In this document: piece by piece, positions 26,111 to 36,802 of the stretch
How positions within the stretch are numbered: the stretch's first letter is position 1
Layout: every line of letters begins with the position of its first letter
Assembly: GCA_030704615.1 (NCBI GenBank)
Contig: CM060732.1
Span: 71,796,001-71,860,000 of the forward strand
Direction: 5' to 3'
DNA length: 64,000 bases
Source: Takakia lepidozioides
Lineage: Eukaryota; Plantae; Bryophyta
Program-made: the position numbers and the translations under genes
The notes under the pieces: model-generated
What the model was told of the DNA's origin: nothing
The model's database searches: none
The model's input: only the letters and a program-made list of their open reading frames with translations

Positions 26111-27572
26111 CAACCATGACCACAGCTTCTGGAAGGGGATCAAGAGAGGGAGTCCACAATGCCTCTTCTGGCACTTCTGGGCATGTGAAGATGCTTTGTG
26201 ACGCAGGCAGACTGAAAGAGGCTCTACAGACCTTAAACCAAGGAGGCATTTCAGCATATTCAGATACGTATGTCTGTCTCTTGCATAAGTGCATCACAAT
26301 GAAAGGCCTGGAAACTGCAAAGCAGGTGCACACTCACATTAGCCAAAGTCGATTCACGCCAAACGTTTTTCTACTCAACACCCTTGTCAACATGTATGTT
26401 AAGTGCGGGAGCATCATGGATGCTCACCAAGTGTTGAACAGAATGCCTCAACGATCTTTGATCATGTGGAATATAAATGTTGGCAGGATTTACCAAGCAT
26501 GGGTGTGGTACGAATGCTTTGGAGACCTATGAGCAAATGATGCGCGAAGGGGTGAAGCCCAACCACATCACGTTTGCTTGTGTTTGCAATGCGTGTGCAA
26601 GCCTGGAAGCCCTGGAAAAGGCGAAAGAGGTCCATGGTGACATCGTCAAAGCTGGAATTGTACCAGATGTCATTCTGAACACTGCCCTGGTGGACATGTA
26701 TGCCAAATGTGGGTGCATTGAGGATGCAAAGGGAGTTTTCAACACTATGGCTGAACGAGATGTGGTGTCGTGGAACGTGATGCTTGCAGGGTATGCACAG
26801 CAGGGACGTGGTATGGAGGCTTGGAGACCTATGAGCAAATGATGGGGGAAGGGGTGAAGCCCGATCACATGACGTTTGAGTGCATTTGCAATGCTTGTGC
26901 AAGCCTGGCAGCCCTGGAAAAGGGCAAAGAAGTGCATGGGGACATCATCAAAGCTGGAGTTGTACCAAATGTCATTCTTGACACTGCCCTGGCAGCTCTG
27001 GAAAAGGGCAAAGAGGTCTATGGTGACATCGTCAAATCTGGAATTATACCAAATGTCATTCACTGCCCTGGTGGACATGTATGCCAATTGTGGGAGAATC
27101 GAGGATGTGGAGGGAGTGTTCAACAGTATGGCTGAACGAGATTTGGTGTCATGGAACGCCATACTTGCAGGATATGCACAGCAGGGGCGCGGGATGAGCA
27201 AATGATGGGGGAAGGGGTGAAGCCCAACCACATCACGTTTGTGTGCGTTTGCAATGCTTGTGCAAGCCTGGCAGCCCTGGAAAAGGGCAAAAGAGGTCCA
27301 TGGTGACATCATCAAAGCTGCAATTGTACCAAAAGTCATCCTGAACACTGCCCTGGTGGACATGTATGCCAAATAAAAGAGCATGGAGGATGCGAAGGGA
27401 GTGTTCAACAATATGGCTGAACGAAATGTGGTGTCGTGGGACGCGATGCTTGCAGGGTATGCACAGCAGGGGCGTGGGATGGACGCTTTGGAGACCTATG
27501 AGCAAATGATTGGGGAAGGGGTGAAGCCCGACCACATCACGTTTGTGTGCGTGTGCAAGCCTGGCAGCCCTG
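26050..27572 (+). pseudogene. PLS-class PPR pseudogene, paralogue of the 8339-11031 gene; no E/DYW domain seen
   Basis: AQLIKSGTSTMTTA...LCDAGRLKEAL parallels AQLFQSGTSTVKTA...LCNAGQLKEAL. Repeated LVDMYAKCG/DVVSWN motifs shift between all three frames; TAA at ~27374. Confidence 0.9.
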
Positions 27573-27699
27573 CAGATACCCACTGTGTGTGTATAGAGCA
27601 GTTTATTCCTATATTTGTAGTGAGCAAGAGCCGACACCTATTTTGCATCAGAAGTCATACATTGAACTAGCATTGTACCATTAATCTGTCATTGTGATC

Positions 27700-28005
27700 A
27701 GACATGTTTGGGGTTTGATAGGATCACACGCAGCCAAACTTCAATTCAAGTGCACGGTTTGCAGCGTTGGGGAACAGCTTCTCTGTATACACAGTTGCGT
27801 TTCACTTCTCAGTGCTACGGCAACTCTACCCAGGCAGAGATAGCCCTCCACCAGTTAGGCATAAAGCTCAAGGTAGTGGTTTCTATTGAGATCATTGACG
27901 GTACCCGTCACTGCATTCAGGCTTGGTGGGCAGCCAACAAGCAGACCAGTGTTCTTGACCACAGCTATCATCACGTAACCTCCCTGAGACGGGGAGATTT
28001 ATTCA
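27700..28005 (+). pseudogene. DRM: Fragment of a DRM-type (domains-rearranged) cytosine methyltransferase catalytic domain
   Basis: LGF...DHT...ARFAALGNSFSVYTVAFHFSVLRQLYPG, then after a frameshift AEIALHQLGIKLKVVVSIEI...IQAWWAANKQT. This matches the DRM C-terminus in order; the intervening motif I is missing. Confidence 0.8.
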
Positions 28006-28009
28006 ACCT

Positions 28010-28580
28010 TGTGGGCGTGCAGTTGCTTTCCCTCTGCCAAGCCTTTCATCAAGTCCATGGAGAGCAGGGTAACGAAACACACTGGCCCGGATCCTCGATG
28101 CACCCACATTTGGCATACATGTCCACGAGGGTATTGTTCAGAATCACATCTGGTACAATACCAGCTTTGCGATGCAACCATGCACCTCTTTGCCCTTTTC
28201 TATGGATGGGTCTGGCACGTACCTCAATCATTAGAAGTGGATTCAAGCCGAACATCTTTTTGCTCCATAACAGTCTCAACATTTATGTCAAGGGCGGCAG
28301 TGTGGTGGATGCATTCTTAAGGTGTGTTGCATCCTGGGAGGCCTACAAAGGCAAAGAGGTCCAAGAAAAGCTGGCATTAGACCAGATGTGATTCTCCAGA
28401 CCTGCCCTTTCTACCATGTATGCCAAATGTGGGAACATGGAGGCTTCAAACTTCTATCAGCAAATGATACGACAAGGGGTGATGCCCAGCAAGGTCACTC
28501 TCATTTGAGTTCTCAGTGCATGTTTCAGCCTGACAGCCCTGGAGCAGGGCAAACAGGTCCATGTTGAGATTATCAAAGCT
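28010..28580. pseudogene. Patchwork of short PPR-motif fragments in both orientations
   Basis: Minus strand: MKGLAEGKQLHAH and KAGIVPDVILNNTLVDMYAKCGCIED. Plus strand: IIRSGFKPNIFLLHNSLNIYVKGGSVVDA, KAGIRPDVIL and LTALEQGKQVHVEIIKA. Confidence 0.8.
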
Positions 28581-31062
28581 GAAGATCCACAAATACCCAT
28601 TAGCCAGCAAGGACGAAGGACAATCTATTGCCCTCTTTTTCCCCGGGCCATTGCCTGCAAGCAGGGCCTCAGTCTGATTGAGTTCATTCAGAAGCTATGC
28701 ACACAATGCAATCGCCAGTCAGTACCTCATGTAACTATCTGAGACTGTGGCAAACTAGTCCTACACAAGACCACTGTTAGTAGACAATTGCACGGGAGTG
28801 AGGCAATACAGTATCAGTGAATACATAAGGCATTGATATTTTCTGTTTTGTACCTGAGATACGGTGGGCACAACTGTAAGGTCAAAGCTTTCACAATTTT
28901 GTGGATCGATAGGCACACACGACCTGCAGGATCAAGCATCAGTTTTAAGTTACATGCTGTGCATGTACATAGGAGAGCCATGTTGCTGCATACACGCACT
29001 CTTATGTTTTAGTCTTACCAGTTTTTGGATGCACACAGAAGGGGGCCTTAAGCAAGTGATTCATGTGCTTCGTCACCTGTAAGAGCAAAGCCAACCCCGC
29101 AGTTCCAACCTCCTTACATACTGGGGAGTCTCTACTACCATGAAAGAATATGCTTTCTGATTTGAAAAAGCTCATCTGTTCAAAGGGAGGATCGTTTTTT
29201 CAGTTTAGCAATTCAAAACTGGGGCCTGTATATTACACCAGGAGCCAGGATATAAGTTGAAAGCACACTGGAGTGTTCTTTTGTTAATACTAACAGCCTT
29301 TAAGAATATACCTCCAAGTCGAGTCTTGGGTGAGCATAGGAAAACACAATCTCCTCCACACATCGTCTCAAGGCTGGCCCCTGCTATACACCCAGCATTG
29401 TCCAAGAGCACAATTCAGATTGTGTTTCATTAGACTTACCCTCATGCAAGAAGGGGTGCCTGAACTAGTCTCTGTGCACAGTGCTTTCAGGGGAGGTAGC
29501 TTGACTCAGACATCCAACTCGGATGTGAAATGGGAAGTCTACCTTTTGCTTAGACTCCAAATTCTGTTTTAGTTGCCTCCATCGGGTCACATTGATTTCT
29601 TCTTTGGCAGCTGATCTGTGCCTGCTTTCCTGCCACCTGTCGCGCATCTGGGCCCTTACAGCTTCACAATTCCAAGTATAATTCATTTCAAAAGGTAATC
29701 CAACACCTTTCCACACAGGGCACATATAGATCTGGCAAAGATAAGAAGTCCAGGGCACATCTACTGCCCCACAGAAATGCTTGCATTGCTCAAGAACTCT
29801 TCCCTAAAATTTTCCTAGAATAGATCAGAACTGTAAACAGGCATATTACACATGACTCTTCATGTTTCCCTGAACTTTTTAGTTAAGGGTCAAAAATTCT
29901 GTTTGCTGTACATTTCAGTACCTTTTCTTGTTCACAGTTCTATGTATTTCCTACCCGAAACCTTTTGAGCTGACTGAATCAACATGAACCATAGTGTAAG
30001 CAAGGCGGGTTTGAATGGATACATTCATACGGCACTAGCTCCAGTACTTTCTCGTAGTGATCCTCTGGATTGAACAAGCTTGGATCTAACAGTATTTTCT
30101 CCTCAAAGATGAGCACTTCTGCATATGCTCGCATGCAACAGTAGAGTCTTCAGAGATTAGCCTCACACTAAAATAGAGGGGCATGGATTGGTCCGTGAGA
30201 GATTAATAATCTAGATAAATAGATGGAGGTGGAGACCAGCCATGTAAATGTCATCTTCATCTCCTCTCCTGTGAAGATTGAGAGGGGCAACTAGAGAAAA
30301 GCAAGAAGGGTACAAACAGCAGGCAACAGAGGCACCAAAAAAGAGGGCCAGATTACACTGTTTGAACGTCATACTTTTGGAAATCTCATATAGATATTCA
30401 CATTCTAGACAGCTGCAGAAGGCAGGCATCGTGCAAAGAGCAGGACAAGGCTGAGTTATGTACGCAAATGCAGGTTGAAGAGCTGCTCCAGTGAGGGATA
30501 CATTTTTCACGTTATTCTCATTTCCCTGCATCACCCAGCCTTCCCATTAGCCTTCTCATGTTTGTCCATCAGATATTTCAAACACAGACCAGGCTTGATT
30601 CTCAGCAAAGGTGCCTAATAAGAGTCTCACAGCAACACTCAAACAACTGGCAGTTTATAGGAAAGCCTCGTGATCTCAAAGGTAGATTTAAGGGAAAAAA
30701 AAATGTAGGTGTGACTACCATCACTTTTGTGCCCCCTTCCCGAACTGGTACTGATTGCTACAGATGGCTTATGACAAGGATGAGGCCAAGGAGTGAACCT
30801 TGTAGAGACAGAGAAAGAGAGAATTAAAAGGCTGCAATCGTGCGTCTACGAACACACTGATCTCCCAGTTACTGATTCTTCTTCAGAACGTGTCCATGGA
30901 TCATCAAGGCCGAGCTACTGAAGGGCCCGTCTGTCAACTCCCGGCTTCGAGCACCTATGTACAGTCAACGTTCCACAAAAGAATGGACTCAGGAGTGGAA
31001 GGCGAGTGGATGGTCTAACTGACAGTGCTCGTGACACTGCAGCTTTAAAGTCCTATCTAAGA

Positions 31063-31723
31063 CTATCGATCGATAAGTTCAAATGTCAGAAACGCAGCAG
31101 GTCAGGTTCACACTTAACACACCTGAATGATGGCCCTCGCACTAGTTGATTTTCATGCAAGACAACCTCATGTAATTTTTTTGTCCTCAGAAACAAGAGC
31201 TCAACATGTGAATACAACATTTCCTCCGTCGTATGCATAGTTGTTGCAGGTCTCTTTGAATTCGTCAGATGCATAAGTGGCACATAACGTATTCACCAAT
31301 TCCCTGCGAGACTTCTCCCACAACTCAGGTTCACTTGAAACCTGCATGTTGGAGGACAGTCGAATTCAGATTCTATGAAGTCCTGTCCAGAGTCATCAGT
31401 CTTGCTCGAAGAACCGGCATGTTGGCACATCACGCAGCGATACAGTGGAACATAGACATTTGAGACACAGAAGGGATACCATATGTATGTATGGAATACT
31501 TTTTAGGGTTTATGGAACCCTAAAAAGAAACCCTAAAGTACTCATGATACCAGAACCCTAAGAAAGTATGACCTAAATGGCCAAAATGAAGGGCCTGGGC
31601 TGCCCACCCCGAACCCTTGTTGGGGGCCCTCAAAGGGTGGAGAGGCCGCCTATGGGGAGCGAAAGTGACCCGGCATATCTTGGGGTATGCAATCCCAATC
31701 CCGGGCTGCTCTACCAAGGCGGC
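31063..31723 (+). repeat. Dispersed repeat of unknown TE class; inverted copy at 63359-64000; its last ~145 bp also occur at 15801-15947
   Basis: Near-identical reverse complement of 63359-64000. True left boundary unknown. Confidence 0.9.
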
Positions 31724-32537
31724 CAAAAAAAGGGGATTGAGGAAAAAATAACCTCGTTAGGGACGGAAGACAAAACAATCAAGGAAAACCTCAAGGTGAC
31801 ACCCTCAATGTTCATAGTGAAGTGACACCAGTTAAGTACCTCTTGCTTCAAGTTTTTCTTGCGTCAAGTCTTTGTAGCATTGGTGGTCTACTTTCTAATT
31901 ATGTTGTGAACCTACAATAATGGTTAAATTTATAACGTGAACTTACGACTCATTCTAAGGTATTTGAGATGGCATGTTACAATAGTTGTGGTCTATATAC
32001 CTATGCTATTATACTATAAATATCGGTCAAACTAGAAGGTCGTTTTAAATATAAATAATAATAATAATAATTTGCACCGACCTATATCGTCTTTCCTATA
32101 GTTAGAAACTTAAATGTATATATATGTGTATATATGTAGTTCATGGATCGAGATGGATACATATCGCCTAATTTTCCACCGCAAAATGTATAAAGTGTCA
32201 ATGTGTGCGTCATCGTCATTTTCTTCTACGATTTTTAGTTGAAAAATTTGGAGTAGAATTCATGAACCTCCTTATGAGTTTAGACGTAGGTGTAGCGGGT
32301 GTGTGTTGATGTTTAGGTGCGTGGAAGGAGGTTAGCGGTTTGCGTGGTTTTTGTGTGAATTTGTCGTCGGGTTGGAGGTGGTGGTGTTCAATTCGTTGTG
32401 GTGGAATGCGGTTCCGGTGGTAATTAGGACGTGGTATGGACATCACTAGCTTACTTTGTGAGTCCGAAGCACGAGAGATTGAGAGAGAAAGAGAATTGGT
32501 AGTTCTTCTGAAGCGTCCGTCGTTGAGGAATTTTGTT

Positions 32538-32573
<36 letters not shown>

Positions 32574-33755
32574 GGAGCGCGATCGTTGGGTACAGTTCTT
32601 GCTTGGATTCGATGGAGATTCTGCTAGCGTGGGCGCATTGAGGAGAGCGGAGTTTCGTCAATTGCTTGGAGGCGACGGTGCATTTGTGGGTCAGAGGAGC
32701 TGGGGAGTTTGAATTGAGGATTTTAGCGATCGTTTTGAGAGATAGGTGGAAGCAGCTTCTGAATCTTTCTACTGATTCTTGTTTATGCTGGTTTGATATG
32801 GTTTGCGGGTGGGTTCTGGATTTGCGTTGTGTCGATACGTGTCGCTTTTTGGATTGGAGATTGTTCTTGGTGATGAATTAGTGATCACGATGATGAGATT
32901 GTGGGTCTGGCGAGGGTATGGCAATGTTTACAATTCTGTTCTGTTTGTTTCGTGGATGTGAAGGTCGAGGTCGTGCTAGTGTTCGTTCACCTTCTTTGTA
33001 ATTGTGGGTTGCAGTGATGCTTAAGAATATAACGTTATTTTCCTTCATTGCTAGAGCTTGTACCTCTGTCCGCCTATCGCAGCTTGGTCTCCAAACTTGC
33101 TTAAAGGATCAAGAAGCACATCAATTTGTTAGTTGTGCCTATGTTGGATCTAATCGTTAGAGTGTTCTTTACCAGCAATCGAGATGGCTCTGTCACGGTA
33201 GCGTGCTTTACTTGAGATAACGTGTTTTACTGTTTTTAAATTTTTTGTTCTACTATTTTACTTTGTTTAGGTCTATGATTCGAGAAATGGCAATGCTATA
33301 CGGAGAGGATTAGGAGGCCGAGACTGTAATAAGTTACAGTACTTCGATCGATTTGAGACGCGGCTCGGGGTCACAGGAGGATAGCTTGTTGGATTTATAT
33401 CCCGATATCGAGACTGTCAGTTTCTCTTCTGCAGCAGCTTTCAAGTCAAAGTGTCGGGCTATGTTGAAGACTGTTGATAAGGGCATTGGTTGCCCTTTTT
33501 TGGCTTTCAGTGGTGTCCAAATTCAGGACTTTAAAGGTATTTCTCGTTTACGTGAGAGAAATGTCTCTACCCTTCCCAGGATGTATTGTCTCTATGACTT
33601 GGTTGAGCAGACGTTTATTGTGAAGTTGACGGGAGGTCTAGCTCACGATGGCGCAAGCGGCAAGTTCGTGCGAACTTTTGAGTCCATTTTGACAGAGCCT
33701 GCGCGGAGTTCTTTATTTCCTACCGGTACGTGTAGATATGTGAACCCTCGTGGTA
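31579..33755 (+). repeat. 2.1-kb direct repeat block, copy 2
   Basis: Colinear with 15801-17932; poly-G tract is longer in this copy. Confidence 0.95.
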
Positions 33756-34345
33756 GGTCTAAAGAGCCGGATATTTCATGCAGGTCTACTACTCGCCTTG
33801 ATCCCACTGCTTGGCCGTCCTTTGTGGTCAAAATCGGTGTTTCGGAGTCTTTGAGTCAGCTTCAAGCGGATATGGCGTACTGGCTAAAGAATAGCAACGG
33901 CCAAACCCGCGTCGTCGTGCTTTCACATGTCAACAAGGCAGCTCGTACTATTCTCATTGAGCGCTGGCATTTTGTGCCAAGAATGCGTTCTGCCAAGCCT
34001 GGCATAACCTATGGACCTTCGATTGGTAGGGCACAGGCCCTTACGCTGGATGCAGTTATTCAGTACACTGGGGATAGTCTAGTTTTACCTGCTGATCATA
34101 TTTATGATCAAGGTCCTGCAACTATACCCGGGGTTGCTTCAGGGGATTTTATCATTACTGCTTCCCAGCTGGATGCCTTCAACAATTGGTTTTGGTCAGC
34201 ACTGAATTTGGTAATGTGCTATTTACTACATCAATTTCAGATCAATTTATCCAGAACTATCAAATAACTTGAAATCTGAATGGTCATCTAATCTTTTTCT
34301 ACTTTCCATTTTCCTTAGGAGGGTTTGAGGATTATCGTTGGATGA
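33184..34345 (+). pseudogene. Spliced gene for a restriction-endonuclease-fold (PD-(D/E)xK, Uma2/Crinkler-REase-like) protein; exons 33184-33197, 33271-34210, 34319-34345
   Basis: Motifs AHDGA...SKEPD...WPSFVV(K)IGVSESLSQLQADMAYWL...TRVVVL. Two in-phase AT-rich GT-AG introns. Premature TAG at 33311 (TGG in copy 1). Confidence 0.7.
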
Positions 34346-35130
34346 GCACTATCATGAAGCATCACAAGTGAAGAAACACAGCCATGCATTTCATTACTAT
34401 CAAGCTTGTTCATTAATACAACTTCGTGTAGAATGTGTCCCAAAGCAAACAATTTTTTGTAATTCTAATATCAACTGAGTTTTCAACGAAATATTAACTG
34501 AGATATCATCCTAGTACTACACCATCCGAGTATCATTTAGTATCGATTATAGAGGACTGTAGACGTTTCGAACTGTAGACTTCTTGTGACTTCTTATGAC
34601 ATTATAGATGTCATTTTGGAGACACGATTGTAAATGGAATATTGATAGTCTATTGGGTAATGAAGTTACGCTTCTCGTTGCAAAACGGTTTATGAAGTGG
34701 GTTGAGAGTTTTTGGGATGTAGCCTATATTACTAATAATAACGTACGGAATGGTTTGGCATTAAGCCTTTGCACATAAATACGATCATAGACTATGAGCA
34801 AAAACATCCAACAATTTGCGAGAGGGGTTAGTTTTACCTGACAATTGTGGAAGTCCGTGCCATGTCATCTTGCTCAACAACACTAGACATGCAGGTAGTT
34901 TCTTTAGTCTGGGTCAGCACTCGCGATTTGGTCAAGGATGGGACAAAATACATATCAGTGAAAACCTCTACAAGGCCTCCCTTCAATTTCCTCGTGTCAA
35001 CCTTCAATGCCGCCATATTGGTAGACATTTTTGCTAGGCCCTCACTGATCTTGGAGAAGCCATCTCCAATCTTCGCCTCCAACCTGCAGCTATCAGAAAA
35101 TGCTCTTATCCCATTTTTTTTCGCACAACA

Positions 35131-35734
35131 TGTCACGGACATAGCCCAGAAGAACTTACCAGGAGCAAATACCAGAAGTTATCAAGTTATCATGTTACCG
35201 AAAGTTACCATGACTTATCGTGAATTTACCATTACTTACCAAGTTATCGGGAGTTTATCAAATTATCGAGAGTAACTTGGGAAACTACTCAGGAAGCTTC
35301 CTTTGGAGGAAACTTCTCCATCAAGATACCTCCTTTGTTTAAGGAAGCTTCTCCATCAATAAACCTTTGTTTAATCTTGGAAACTTCTCTAGCAAGAAAC
35401 CTCCATAGGGGAAGCTTCTTGGGGAAGCTTCTTAGTAGCCAGTATATATAGGAGGCGATACTGGACACTCTTCAGTGTCGCCAACACCAGTTCAAGCTAC
35501 TCTTGTTTCCAGTTCCCAGTACTCCAGTCCAGTTCCCAGTACTCTAGCCCAGTTTCCAGTATTCTGGTATTCAAGTAGTGTTCAAATATCGTACTCTTGT
35601 TCATTGTTATAAAGATCGACTTGATTCATATTTACTCATCGTGCATTCGGCCACGCCGACCTTGACTTCTTGTCTAACATTGTACCTCTAGTTTTATCTC
35701 TTGTTTGTGTTCAGTCATGTTCTCGTCCTTGACA
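35131..35734 (+). repeat. 5' LTR
   Basis: TGTCA...TGACA termini; TATATATA at ~35443; matches the 3' LTR. Confidence 0.95.
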
Positions 35735-35772
35735 GTTTGGCAAGACTAAAATTTGTTATTTAGTTAGTTAAG

Positions 35773-36802
35773 ATGGAAGGCACATTTGCGGAAATGAGCA
35801 CCACATTGTAGAGTCTTCAACTCCAGATGCAATAATTTCGTACATCTACCGCCCAATTGCAAGCTGATCAGTCTCAAGATCTTGGCAACGCTCTCCACAA
35901 TTTGCAACAAGAAATTAAAGGAGTCAAACAATGGATCTTCAACCATACGAGTCCCTACTGCAACAACTCCTACTGCAACGATTCATCTTCAACAGATTAC
36001 GAGAGAACCAAAGATCAGCATGCCCGAGAAATTTGATGGGATGAGATCAAGATTTCGCGGTTTTGATCAACAAGTACGACTGTTCCTACGACTACATCCA
36101 CAATGCTACCCCGATGAAGGTATTCAAGTGGGATTCGTGGGCACCCTTCTATCAGGCACTGCCCTATCTTGGTTTGCACCGCTATTAGAAAAAAATTCGC
36201 ATTTACTATATAATTTTGAAGCATTCATGTCCGAGTTCACTGCAACGTTTTGAGAGAATGATATAGAGAGAGTTGCAGAAACAAAGATGCGAAATCTTCG
36301 ACAAGGAGCACGTCCTGCTTCTGTTTATGCTGCCGAATTTCGACAACTTGCGTGCGACCTCGACTGGAATGAGAAGAGCCTCATTAGTCAGTTTTGATGT
36401 GGACTAAAAGATGATGTAAAAGATTTGTTGCTGACAATGCCAAACGTGAGCACACTGGAATTCATCACCCAAGTCATTGCATGCGATAATCGTTTGTTCG
36501 AAAGACGTCAAGAGAAGCGATCTGGATGGTCGACGACGCATCATGTCAATGCTACCACGACACCAAATACAATGATCCATCAGACATCCAGTAGTGATCC
36601 TATGCAGATTGATGCTGTCCGATTCAAACCATTGACGCCACAAGAAAAACAAAGACGGCGCTCGAATGGATTATGCCTCTATTGCGGAGAAGAAGATCAC
36701 ATAGCATTAAACTGCCCCAATAAGAGAAGATTAAAAGCTCGGGGCACAACTCAAGTGTTCGATATGAGGAGGTCGGAAAACAACGATATCCAGTCACTTT
36801 AG
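35773..36802 (+). pseudogene. gag (disrupted)
   Basis: PEKFDG...GTLLSGTALSWF; LRQG; DPMQID; zinc knuckle CLYCGEEDHIALNC; several stops. Confidence 0.9.

Noticed and set aside
32538-32571. Long poly-G tract (shorter at ~16716-16733) as a G-quadruplex regulator
   Set aside because: Length differs between copies, homopolymers are error-prone, and nothing else suggests function.
35735-35750. Tf1-style self-priming PBS (TTGGCAA vs LTR TCGCCAA)
   Set aside because: Only about 6 of 7 bases are complementary, and a decayed tRNA PBS starting TGG fits equally well.
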